A stretch of DNA of 32,000 nucleotides from Haloferax volcanii DS2. GTDB taxonomy: Archaea > Halobacteriota > Halobacteria > Halobacteriales > Haloferacaceae. Position numbers and translations under genes: made by a program. Within the stretch, counting starts at the first letter, position 1; every line of letters starts with the position of its first letter. The notes beneath the pieces are model-generated. The model saw only the letters and a program-made list of their open reading frames with translations, was not told the DNA's origin and ran no database searches. Below are positions 1-8,275 of the stretch, piece by piece. The DNA lies in NCBI RefSeq assembly GCF_000025685.1, contig NC_013968.1:53093-85092 (forward strand), read 5' to 3'.

Positions 1-39
1 AGACAGCAACTGGATTCTTCGTTAAACTAGAACGGATGG
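1..39. repeat. 39-bp repeat X, copy A (AGACAGCAACTGGATTCTTCGTTAAACTAGAACGGATGG)
   Basis: Identical base for base to 27972-28010. Its last 25 nt are also identical to 9546-9570. It may extend left of the window. Confidence 0.9.
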
Positions 40-203
40 CCGTCACGCCAGCGAACCTGTTCCAGCAGGTCCGCTGCGAGCGATTCCGAACCAAACACAT
101 CCAGCGGAATCATTCGTGTCGGACACCGCTAACGCGGTGTCCTTGCCCTCTTCGATTCCAGAGCAACAGCTGAACTCTATCAACAATCTCCTACAGAAGA
201 GCG
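40..203 (-). mobile_element. Truncated IS1595-family fragment (left terminus plus first ~25 codons of the transposase)
   Basis: It is the reverse complement of 8545-8708 of the intact element, with 5 mismatches in 164 nt by eye. It ends with the terminal CGCTCTTCTGTAGGAG and breaks off abruptly at the junction with repeat X. Confidence 0.85.
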
Positions 204-208
204 ATTGT

Positions 209-1243
209 TTATATATAGTCTACAGCCTCGGTGTGGACCCCGGGGATGTCGAAGTCTTCATATGCTCTCGGAAGTACGTATTTTCCAATACTATATCCAT
301 ATCCATATTTCACTTTTTCATCACCCCACTGGAGGCCATGTGCGTCCCAAAACCCACCAGTATATTTTCGGTCAACCAGTTCAGAAGTGGGTACTGCGAG
401 TAACGCACCACAACTAACGTTAGCGATACCAAGCCATTTCGCAGGGATTGTTAGCTTTTTCAGAGCAATGAAACAGATTGCACCACCAACAGCTCCAGAA
501 GCAGTAGTTTCAACATCGTCAGAGAATTCGACCCAGATTCCTAGATAGTTGTGTGTGTCATATACTAAACCATTACATTCACCAAACTGATACGAATAAT
601 ATCCATAATCTTTGGTAATAGTATCAAGCGTGGCTTCTGTAATAGGGTCGAGATCTGTGGCTGATGCTTTGCTCTTTGAACTGCTGGCATCGTCTGTGAA
701 CTCTACACCGTCTATTTGGAAATCTTCATCATCTAGCTCAATATCTGATGATGAAACCCGATCAGCTAGTCTCTCAGACTGCTCCGCTCCAGATGAAGTG
801 ATCTCTCCCTGTGTTGTTGGTTCAGTTTTCTCACTAATTACTTGGAGAGTACCTGTGTTAACCTCCAGAAGCTCACCTTCTTTGTCACTAACCTCTTTTC
901 TCAGCTCTTGTTCACTTTTGGTCATCTTTTGGACATTGTCATCAGACTTTTCACCATTATCACTATTTTCTTGTTTATTCTTTTCCTCTTTATTAGACTT
1001 GTGAACACCACCACTAAAATCGCGATAAAGATGCGAGACGCCAGATTCTTTCAACCGGAAAATCGCCTGAGAGTCATTTTCTGCTAACACCTCAATCTGA
1101 GGCTGGCTCTCTTTTGGAGGAGATTTGGATGTGGAGTTATTTTCCGCAGCAGCGACGGCTCCCGTAGATGCAAATGAACCGACAGCACTTCCAACTCCAA
1201 TCTTCTTGAGTATGCTTCGCCGAGTTATGTCTTTATCTGACAT
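209..1243 (-). CDS. Secreted protein of unknown function with a twin-arginine signal
   Basis: ATG at 1243; the ORF track begins at a TTG at 1255. The N-terminus MSDKDITRRSILKKIGVGSAVGSFASTGAVAAA carries the Tat motif RRSILK plus a hydrophobic region. An acidic Ser/Glu/Asp-rich linker and a Gly/Tyr/Trp-rich C-terminal domain follow. It lies in a low-GC island. Confidence 0.6.
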   Translation of the reverse strand: MSDKDITRRSILKKIGVGSAVGSFASTGAVAAAENNSTSKSPPKESQPQIEVLAENDSQAIFRLKESGVSHLYRDFSGGVHKSNKEEKNKQENSDNGEKSDDNVQKMTKSEQELRKEVSDKEGELLEVNTGTLQVISEKTEPTTQGEITSSGAEQSERLADRVSSSDIELDDEDFQIDGVEFTDDASSSKSKASATDLDPITEATLDTITKDYGYYSYQFGECNGLVYDTHNYLGIWVEFSDDVETTASGAVGGAICFIALKKLTIPAKWLGIANVSCGALLAVPTSELVDRKYTGGFWDAHGLQWGDEKVKYGYGYSIGKYVLPRAYEDFDIPGVHTEAVDYI

Positions 1244-1378
1244 ACATGATGTCAATTGAATACATACTTTATAATTCTAATTATATGATGTGAGTGAAAA
1301 AACATCAATGATAGGTCAACCAATTGAAACTTAATAGTAATTCACTAAATTGAGGCAGTAAATAATCACAGACGGCAC

Positions 1379-1640
1379 TGTCTAGTTAACAACCTCAACC
1401 GGCGTTCGATTATCTAGTGCTTGATGCGATCGTTGGAAGTTATAGTAGTAACACGAACTGTGTAAGCCACTAGGCGGCGGCAGTCCGACTGCCGACCCAC
1501 GAGTGATGGAAGCGGTCGATCCTCATTTTGAGGGTTTGAAACCACTTTTCGATGCGGGTTAGTCAACGTAGTCCAGATGACCGCTCTTCCCACGGTTTTC
1601 GCGGATACTACTGCGGTCTTACTCCTCACCAAATCGCCAG
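1379..1640 (-). pseudogene. IS6-family remnant (right terminus plus degraded 3' part of the transposase)
   Basis: It starts with GGCACTGTCTAGTTAAC, the same terminal repeat as the IS6 element at 9649-10392. The minus strand reads ...IEKWFQTLKMRIDRFHHSWVGS...*...CYYYNFQRSHQALDNRTPVEVVN*, with internal stops and frame changes. Confidence 0.75.
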
Positions 1641-1681
1641 ATATGAAGACTATTTCAACAGAGACACGTAGACATAAATAT

Positions 1682-2041
1682 CTAAACCATCATCTTCAAT
1701 AAACTAATTATTAGCAAAGTGCCGAGGAAAGAGTATCCGATAACTCCAACAACACCCGGATATGATTGAAATGATAGAAGAAAGAAAATTGTGAAGATAA
1801 TTGCCAGAATACTAACAAAGTATTTAGGATTTTTCCCACTTTCAATTGGATAATATGAAAAAATGATGGCAATCGCCACACCAATAGCAACATATATGAT
1901 TTCAAATTTCAGAATTGAAAAATCAGAATATGTAAAAACAACGACGGAAAGCGCAATAAGACCACAGATTGGCGCTAGTAAACTGATGTGATCTTCAATC
2001 CATATTTTCAATTTTGCAGATTCATTCATCATATTTGACAC
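1682..2041 (-). CDS. Small multi-pass membrane protein, unknown function
   Basis: 119-aa ORF with 3-4 hydrophobic segments (LIALSVVVFTY, IIYVAIGVAIAIIF, FVSILAIIFTIFFLL, GTLLIISLL). AT-rich codon usage matches the surrounding island. Confidence 0.5.
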   Translation of the reverse strand: MSNMMNESAKLKIWIEDHISLLAPICGLIALSVVVFTYSDFSILKFEIIYVAIGVAIAIIFSYYPIESGKNPKYFVSILAIIFTIFFLLSFQSYPGVVGVIGYSFLGTLLIISLLKMMV

Positions 2042-2099
2042 TATTTGATGGTGAACGATATAAATCTGTGGGCTAAAACCCTATATTAGCAGGTCGTCT

Positions 2100-2170
2100 C
2101 AGTACCTCACAAAGCCGCTTAATTAGACGTCTGCTTGTTGAGAATGTACTCAAACACAGTAGCAGCAGTA
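2100..2170 (+). mobile_element. ISH3-family terminal fragment
   Basis: CAGTACCTCACAAAGCCGCTTAATTAGACGTCTGCTTGTTGAGAATGT aligns with the reverse complement of the right end of the ISH3 copy (17083-17130: CAGTACATCACAAAGCCGGTTAGTTGAGACGTCTGCTTGCTGAAGATGT). Similarity fades after ~70 nt. Confidence 0.7.
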
Positions 2171-2247
2171 ACTGAATAAATTGCCTGGCGTGCCACTGGT
2201 TAGTGAACAAAGTTGTCACGTGCAACAGTCACCCGTGAAATCGGGTC

Positions 2248-2751
2248 CTACTGATACGGAGGAGATGGGAAGAAACTAATCTTTGAATCCCCCTCATAGT
2301 CACAATCATACCCATCGGTCGGAACGACATAGTAGATAATGTCTTGAGCAGGATAGTTCAGCAATTTACCTTCTGAATCGTAGGTCTCGAAGTAGGTTAC
2401 ACGCTTGTCGACGATTCGAAACAAGTCGCCGCTACCCTCTGTAAACGGGGCAGTTCTGCAGATATCTTCGTTCATAACCAGCGCTCCGAACGAGACTAAA
2501 TCGCCTTTTGACGCTGTGGCTACAGGCCCCTTGACTGTTCGACTTTCAAGTACCTCTCCCGTCGTATGGTGGACCAGAAGGAGGCCAGTATGTCTCAGCT
2601 CGCGGTTCGATTGTACTGGCACGCTATCCGTTCGTTCTCCCATGTCTCTTGCCCCTACGAGAAGCATAAACTCCGCTGCTTCTATCAAAAGTAGAGGTAT
2701 TCGTGGACTCTGCTGCTGTTCTGCGCTAAAATTTGTGAACCCGGTGTGCAC
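2248..2751 (-). CDS. Hypothetical protein
   Basis: 167-aa ORF with an acidic C-terminus. The antisense ORF 2405-2911 is Ser/Arg-rich and less plausible. The start is uncertain: GTG at 2751, first ATG at 2667. I recognise no motif. Confidence 0.35.
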   Translation of the reverse strand: MHTGFTNFSAEQQQSPRIPLLLIEAAEFMLLVGARDMGERTDSVPVQSNRELRHTGLLLVHHTTGEVLESRTVKGPVATASKGDLVSFGALVMNEDICRTAPFTEGSGDLFRIVDKRVTYFETYDSEGKLLNYPAQDIIYYVVPTDGYDCDYEGDSKISFFPSPPYQ

Positions 2752-2806
2752 GACGATCTCAGAAAGTCTTCAGACACACCTCGACCACTCAATGGGAGAT
2801 ACACTG

Positions 2807-3019
2807 TCACTCCAACTCACGGCGTCCGCACTTGTGCCAACCCTTCTCTTCGGTGTAGTGCAGCGTATGCTCGACGTCACCGATACGGATGAACAGATGA
2901 TCTTCTCCTAGCGGTGGGTTCTCATTAGTTGTTACAGAATCGAAGCCCCCGGATGTTTGGAGTTCATTGAGTTCGTCCACTCTGAGGGGCCGGTCAGGTA
3001 GTTTGTCTTGTATCGCCAT
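2807..3019 (-). CDS. Hypothetical small protein
   Basis: 70-aa ATG-initiated ORF with acidic composition, upstream of and co-oriented with 2248-2751. Confidence 0.35.
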   Translation of the reverse strand: MAIQDKLPDRPLRVDELNELQTSGGFDSVTTNENPPLGEDHLFIRIGDVEHTLHYTEEKGWHKCGRRELE

Positions 3020-3142
3020 AGTCAGTAATCCTTGAATTCAAGGTTAGAGACACGGCTGAAATACCTATCGCGGGTGACCGTCAATTGTCTCACCACACAG
3101 AGAGCAACGGCCCACAGTCAGATTCCTCTTCTACCAGGGTAG

Positions 3143-3243
3143 GAACGTTGGAAACGCGGTATTTAGTCAGTCATCAGATCGGTTGGCGTGTAGCGCATCT
3201 ACAGGCCCGCTACTGCTGATTAAACGTTGGAAATGAGGGGTTG
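3143..3243 (+). promoter_or_regulatory. Two ORB-like boxes in the orc1 upstream region
   Basis: GAACGTTGGAAACGCGGT (3143-3160) and AAACGTTGGAAATGAGGGGTTG (3222-3243) resemble the box GAACGTCGGAAACGTGGGGTG at 4776-4796. The second box overlaps the TTG at 3241, which argues for the ATG at 3277 as the true orc1 start. Confidence 0.45.
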
Positions 3244-3276
3244 TCTTTATTACCTTCCCGTGAGGACGTGACAGAC

Positions 3277-4524
3277 ATGGACGACGAGAGTGGGGACGTT
3301 GCCGCGGAGATTTTCGGCAAGCCGGACCCAATATTCGAGCAGAAGTCCCTCGTCGACGTCGACCACGTCCCACAGCCTGAACGCATCGTCGGTCGCGACG
3401 ACGAGATTCGCGCGCTCTCGATGCAACTCCGGTCAGCTATCGACGGTGGGTCACCGGAGAACGTGGTCATCTACGGCGAGACTGGGACGGGCAAGAGCCT
3501 CGTCGCGAAGCACGTCTCGAAGGTGGCCGAGAGCATGGCCGAAGACGTCCGGATCGGGACGGCGTATATCGACTGTAGCGACGACGACACAGAGACGCAA
3601 GCTGTGTCTCACATCGCACGGAAGCTGAATAACGAGGACCAAACCGGTGTCTCGGTCCCGGAGATGGGTCTATCGAAAAGTGTCTACTACACGCGACTCT
3701 ACTCTATTCTCGACGAACTCTACGATGTCGCACTCATCATCCTCGACGAAGCCGATATGCAAGCGGACGATGGTCTGCTGATGTCGCTGTCGAGGTCACG
3801 TGAGACGGGGAAAACGGACTGCCGCGTCGGTGTCATCGCTATTTCCAACAAGGTGCGGTGGGCGGAGAACCTCAACGACCGCGTGAAGTCATCACTTCAG
3901 CCCAGAGAGCTCAATTTCCATTCCTACGATGCGAACCAGCTTCGGTCAATTCTCGAACACCGGCGTGATGCGTTCCGGGGCGGTGTCCTCGAGGACGGCG
4001 TGATACAGTTGAGCGCCGCCCTCGCCGCACAGGACCACGGCGACGCCAGACAGGCCATCGATATCCTCCGGAACGCGGGGATGCTCGCACAGCAACAAGA
4101 TAGTGAGACAGTCACCGAGAAACACGTTCGCGGGGCTCGTCGGGAGGCCGAAAAGGACCGGTTCCACGACCTTATCGGTGGGTTGACAATCCAGAAGAAG
4201 ACCACGCTTGCGGCTGTCACGACCCTTCACAAGCAGACTGGGCGCGACGAGTTCCCAACCGGCGAGATCTACACGGCCTACACCAACCTGTGTCAGGTGA
4301 TCGGCGTCGAACCGCGGACCGAACGTCGGGTTCGGGATTTCGTCCGTAACTTGGCGTTTCTCGACGTACTCGACGCTCGAAAAGAGAACCAAGGACGTGC
4401 AGGTGGTATCACCATCTACGCCGGCCTGCAGCCCGCGCACGACCTCGAGATTGTCCACGAAATCGCGATGACAGACGACCGGTTTGCTGATGTTGACGAC
4501 TCCGAGACAACCGTCTCGAAATAG
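3277..4524 (+). CDS. orc1: Orc1/Cdc6 AAA+ replication initiator
   Basis: Walker A GETGTGKS, Walker B IILDEAD, sensor region DARQAIDILRNAG and a C-terminal winged-helix-like region, in the typical Orc1/Cdc6 layout. The ATG at 3277 is preferred over the TTG at 3241. Confidence 0.93.
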   Translation: MDDESGDVAAEIFGKPDPIFEQKSLVDVDHVPQPERIVGRDDEIRALSMQLRSAIDGGSPENVVIYGETGTGKSLVAKHVSKVAESMAEDVRIGTAYIDCSDDDTETQAVSHIARKLNNEDQTGVSVPEMGLSKSVYYTRLYSILDELYDVALIILDEADMQADDGLLMSLSRSRETGKTDCRVGVIAISNKVRWAENLNDRVKSSLQPRELNFHSYDANQLRSILEHRRDAFRGGVLEDGVIQLSAALAAQDHGDARQAIDILRNAGMLAQQQDSETVTEKHVRGARREAEKDRFHDLIGGLTIQKKTTLAAVTTLHKQTGRDEFPTGEIYTAYTNLCQVIGVEPRTERRVRDFVRNLAFLDVLDARKENQGRAGGITIYAGLQPAHDLEIVHEIAMTDDRFADVDDSETTVSK

Positions 4525-4533
4525 CAGCCCACC

Positions 4534-4796
4534 CACCCCTCGTTTCCGACGTTCATTCCAGCCGTTACCAGTTCCTTCCATCGGCGGTGGCCACACACGC
4601 ACCCCTCGTTTCCGACGTTCTTTGTATAGGTCCACCCCAAGGTGGGTTTCCGCTCTTATTCTAGGAGCAAACATTATTACATATGCGCCGAGTATCACTC
4701 AGTAGCCGCTTTTTAATTTTGAATTGGGTGGGACATAGTCCCGCCCATCAGTGAGTTTAATTCACCCTCTCACGAGAACGTCGGAAACGTGGGGTG
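4534..4796. other. Putative orc1-linked replication origin (ORB boxes flanking an AT-rich stretch)
   Basis: CACCCCTCGTTTCCGACGTTC occurs at 4534-4554 and 4600-4620. Its inverted copy GAACGTCGGAAACGTGGGGTG is at 4776-4796, with 1 mismatch. Each box combines a GGAAAC-type core with a G-string. An AT-rich stretch (for example GCTTTTTAATTTTGAATT near 4708-4726) lies between them, directly downstream of orc1. Confidence 0.6.
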
Positions 4797-5137
4797 GGGG
4801 TGTTGGTGTGTTGACGTGCAATCACATTCACGTTCTCCTACGAGGGTGTGTAGACCTGCCCCGGTTAGGTCCGAAGGAGCCGATGACTGAGAGACACAAA
4901 GACGGAGTCTGCTTAAATTCCTCGTATGGTCAGGTTCACGCCCCAGCTGAGATGGTATGTGGGGTACGATAGCACGGTCAAGAACGGATGGAATGAGACG
5001 ACCCACCATTACATAGGTCCGTCCCCACTCGACAGGAATATATAACCACTGACACTACTCTATTGCCCTTTGTCACCGGCCAGATGAATAACGACTGATT
5101 CGGCCAGAAGTCAGTTGGAGAGACGTTCAAACGAATG

Positions 5138-5254
5138 GTTACGACAAGTTACGATAGTCTCGTTCAAAGTTACGACAGTCGTTACGATAGAATTCGGATA
5201 ATAGCGGAACTGAACGGCATAGTTTGGACAGACTCGGGTTGTCGGTTACGACAG
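5138..5254 (+). repeat. Five direct copies of GTTACGA(C/T)A(A/G)
   Basis: Copies at 5138-5147, 5148-5157, 5169-5178, 5181-5190 and 5245-5254, all in one orientation, inside an ORF-free stretch. Confidence 0.8.
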
Positions 5255-6071
5255 AAGCCGACTAGTATAGACAGGGGGGACCCCGTCGGAACTGGGTATC
5301 GTCCAAGTGAACAGACGACGCAGACGTGTTTGGACTCTGAAGTGATTGTGAGTCAGCGAGGAACAACGAATATGCGATGAGATCGACCTTGGTATAGTCC
5401 AGTTACCAACTGGAGTCCACATTGTAGGGGCCTCGACAGCAATTGCACATCGGCAGGGACTATTGGCCGGACTCACATCCGACAGGGAAGATCGGTGTCA
5501 TGCTATGAGACGCTAATCTCGACTTTTTAGCAGAATTGCGTACTGAGTCACAGAATCACGCAAACTTTAATCCATGCGCCCACTCAACTAGAAAATGAGG
5601 ACGCGGACTTGGCCCGCTGGCTTAAACCCTCGGGACTCGTCCGGCTAGGGACGTAAGGTAATGGTTTACGTCCTGTTGACGTCCGTACTATGGTGAAATT
5701 GATCTCAAGAGGTTCTCCTGTACCTTTTCAGACTCAAGCATCCCAATCGTATTCTGCCACTGGGACGAGACATCTCGAGAATCATCGTCAGGCGTACGGC
5801 CCTCCACCCACGCAGCGATTCGGGTGCGCTCTTTGTCACCTTGACACCCGCCTTCAGGTGGCGGAGGATGTCAGCGTTTGACGATTGGTTGACGACCTGA
5901 ACGCTTCTCATCTCACGCTCCCGGAATACGTCGTAACTCCACTACGAACGCCCCATCTCTCGATGCTATTCGTGGGATTTGCAGGCTGAAAATACTCCTG
6001 TGGGCCGGTAGCGGTGTTGATTCTACGTGGGATCAAGTGGCCAATGGGACGGAAGCCTTCGTGCCTAGTAC

Positions 6072-6112
6072 TTAACCAACAGTTACGACTCTGGCTCACT
6101 ACTGTTGGTTAA
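6072..6112. repeat. 41-bp hairpin/palindromic element (TTAACCAACAGT ... ACTGTTGGTTAA)
   Basis: Perfect 12-bp inverted repeat (6072-6083 and 6101-6112) with a 17-nt spacer. It abuts the IS1595 insertion site and shares TTAACCAACA with the terminus of the MITE-like element at 8276-8410. Confidence 0.6.
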
Positions 6113-6118
6113 CTCTGG

Positions 6119-7167
6119 CCGCTCTTATGTAGAACTGTGGAGTGACCCCGTAGCAAGGCAATCGACGACGATTTCGAGGGATGCGCCGACCAAGTTCAAT
6201 GAGCGAACGATACCGAAGGTGTGAGCGGCCTGTTCCAAGCCCTGCTTGGACAGGCCGCGAAACTTCCGCAGCCACGGTTTGACTAGTGAGAAGAGGCACT
6301 CGACCTGGTTGATGTGGACGCCGTCGGCCGAAACGTACCGTTCGTCGTGGATAACGGTTCGGTGATCGTACTCCATCTCTCGATACGCTTGGAGTCCATC
6401 AGTCCAGACCTCTCCCAGCCGCTGGGAGAGGTCTTCAGCCTCTTGCAGTACCGGTTCGAGGTCTCCCTGGTAGCTGATTCCAAGGTGACCGCGAAATCAC
6501 CCGAAGCACGTCGCGGCACGCCGCGACGAGCGTTATCTGGTCTCCGTGACGGCCCTTCCATCGTGAGCGCCCCGATCGGGACGACCCGCCGCGGTACCGA
6601 CTGGTCCGCGGCGGGTCTTGGCCTTTGTAGCCTGAACAGACCGTGCTTGATTCGTCGATTTGTGTTGGGCCCGAGATGGAGTGTTGGAATTGCTCCCAGA
6701 CGAGGGGGAAGCCGCGCGTGACCGCGGCTTCCACCTCTCGAATGGCGTAATAGACGGTCTTGTACGCCCTGTCGAGCACAACCGCGATTTGTGAGATACT
6801 GAGCAACGTGTCTGCATAGAGGAGGTACGCGAGAAGCACCTCTCCGGTGGTGAGGTGCTTCTCGTGGAAGGGCGTGCCATAGGTGTAGACCGGTTTAAAA
6901 TTGCAATCTCGGCAGATAACGCGGTCGGACGAGTCCCACGTGTGAATGCTGGGGTGGCCGCAGCGAGGACACGTGGTATACTCCCAGAACTGCTTGAGTC
7001 GCCGCTCGATGAGGGCATCGAGCGGCTCGGTGTCCAACTCGAACAATCCAAGATCAACGAGCTGGCGAAGCATTCCACCGAACGCTGGCTGAGTCTGAGA
7101 CATAACCTCATGATTTCGGCTCGTTCACCGTAACTACACGGTCGTTCCTCAGCTCTACATAAGAGCG
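6119..7167 (-). mobile_element. IS1595-family insertion sequence (1049 bp) with an 8-bp target duplication
   Basis: Terminal inverted repeats CGCTCTTATGTAGA(A/G)CTG are at both ends. It is flanked by ACTCTGGC at 6111-6118 and 7168-7175. Confidence 0.9.
6125..7103 (-). pseudogene. IS1595-type transposase split by a frameshift
   Basis: The N-terminal frame (7103-6435) has a zinc finger, CPRCGHPS...CRDCNFK. The sensible continuation ...ISYQGDLEPVLQEAEDLSQRLGEVWTDGLQAYREMEYDHRTVIHDERYVSADGVHINQVECLFSLVKPWLRKFRGLS is in another frame from about 6495 down to 6125. The frame switch lies near 6490-6500. Confidence 0.75.
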
Positions 7168-7193
7168 ACTCTGGCTCGTACAGAGGACTTATT

Positions 7194-7213
7194 TGTGAGA
7201 CACACGTCTCACA
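7194..7213. promoter_or_regulatory. Perfect palindrome TGTGAGAC-ACAC-GTCTCACA, a candidate operator of the TA operon
   Basis: 8-bp arms with a 4-bp spacer, ending 5 nt before the antitoxin ATG at 7218. A TTATTT TATA-like box sits at 7189-7194. RHH antitoxins typically autoregulate through such palindromes. Confidence 0.4.
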
Positions 7214-7217
7214 GCAT

Positions 7218-7517
7218 ATGAGCACTGATACCGACGACGGGCGAAACGACGACGGTGGGACCACGAAAATCGATGTCCGAGTCCCTACTGCAATGGTTGA
7301 CGCCATCGACGAAGAGTTCGCCCGACGTGGGTACACCTCTCGGTCGGAGGCAATTCGAGACGCTCTTCGCGACTGGCTGAACCCATCGGTGCAGCTGTCC
7401 GAAGAGACGCTCGCGGATCTCCAAGAAAGTTGGGCACAGCGTGAGGCGGGCGAGACGATCTCGCTTGACGACGCCCTCGACAGATACGATGTCGACGTTG
7501 ACGACGACCAGGCGTGA
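7218..7517 (+). CDS. Ribbon-helix-helix (CopG/RelB/ParD-like) antitoxin
   Basis: KIDVRVPTAMVDAIDEEFARRGYTSRSEAIRDALRDWL is a typical RHH beta-alpha-alpha motif, followed by an acidic C-terminal tail. Its stop TGA (7515-7517) directly abuts the ATG of the downstream toxin frame. Confidence 0.8.
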   Translation: MSTDTDDGRNDDGGTTKIDVRVPTAMVDAIDEEFARRGYTSRSEAIRDALRDWLNPSVQLSEETLADLQESWAQREAGETISLDDALDRYDVDVDDDQA

Positions 7518-7780
7518 ATGACAGACGTCGAGATCACACCGAAGGCGGATAGCCATTGGCCGACCTCGACCCTGAAACACGAGAACGGGTCCTGAAGAAA
7601 CTTGCCGAAGCCAGAGAGTGGACCGACCACCGAGTCGAACGCCTCTCTGGATGGCCCTACTACAAACTGCGCGCTGGCGACTATCGGGCGATACTAACGT
7701 GGGACAAAGACAACGACGTCCTCATCGTCGAGGCCGTCGGTCACCGACGGAACGTGTATGACCGCCACCTCCCGCCGTAA
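7518..7780 (+). pseudogene. relE: RelE/ParE-family toxin with a 1-nt frameshift near codon 13
   Basis: The ATG at 7518 gives MTDVEITPKADSH..., which stops at 7590-7592. A different frame from 7556 reads (L)ADLDPETRERVLKKLAEAREWTDHRVERLSGWPYYKLRAGDYRAILTWDKDNDVLIVEAVGHRRNVYDR, a RelE-like fold signature. The span is 263 nt, not a multiple of 3, and a missing T in AGCCATTGGCC would restore the frame. A shorter product from the TTG at 7556 cannot be excluded. Confidence 0.6.
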
Positions 7781-7939
7781 CATTCACTCATCGACTTGGG
7801 TGTGACTGAATCTCTTCGAACGGCGTCTCTTCTCTTGAGCCAATCCCCTACCCCCAACGGAAACCGATTACCTGGTTTCACTCCAACCTCTCTGTGTTCG
7901 TTACTAAGGCAAGTGACTCGACCGACAAACCGTTAGAGA

Positions 7940-8272
7940 TCACTCTGAAGGGTTTACTGGGCCCTTGTACTTGGACTTCACCTGGTCGCCCTCTCTCCAC
8001 TGGTAGTAGTAGTACTGGTTATCGTTGATCGTCTTGACGACCACACCTGCTTTCTTTGGGACGTCGTCCGGGAGACTACTGTCTTCGGCGCTGTCTTCGC
8101 GGACGATGTCCTCGCCTTCTTCCAGTTCTGTCTCTGCTTTGGCTTCTTTCCACGCTGCAAGGTTCTCTGCGTGAGTGGCAATTTCTCGAAGCGTTTCAGC
8201 GTCCTGTCGGTCGAGGCCATCGAGGATGTAGCGTGCAATTCTCTCGGGAGCGTCGGGCTTGTTGGGAGTCAT
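7940..8272 (-). CDS. Hypothetical acidic protein
   Basis: 110-aa ATG ORF with an acidic centre and a C-terminal KTINDNQYYYYQWREGDQVKSKYKGPV motif. I cannot assign a function. Confidence 0.55.
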   Translation of the reverse strand: MTPNKPDAPERIARYILDGLDRQDAETLREIATHAENLAAWKEAKAETELEEGEDIVREDSAEDSSLPDDVPKKAGVVVKTINDNQYYYYQWREGDQVKSKYKGPVNPSE

Positions 8273-8275
8273 ATA

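Noticed and set aside
4629-4652. A possible sixth ORB (CCACCCCAAGGTGGGTTTCCGCTC)
   Set aside because: It has a G-string and a TTTCCG core, but the spacing differs from the other five boxes and the similarity is weak. It is left uncalled.
3946-4698. 250-aa ORF antisense to orc1, extending into the ORB region
   Set aside because: It is antisense to a strongly supported AAA+ gene, has a basic composition, and runs through repeated ORB boxes.
5705-6099. Possible tyrosine-recombinase (integrase) remnant on the minus strand (ADILRHLKAGVKVTKSAPESLRGW...)
   Set aside because: It only vaguely resembles the HxLRH...LGH region. The spacing is too short, there is no catalytic Tyr context, and the two ORFs are basic and low-complexity. 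This is not enough to call, though it is worth a profile search given the 39-bp direct repeats.
6533-7630. 365-aa ORF on the minus strand spanning the IS1595 copy and the TA operon
   Set aside because: It is Ser/Arg-rich, antisense to or overprinted on well-supported genes, and crosses an IS boundary. It is a GC-rich frame artefact.
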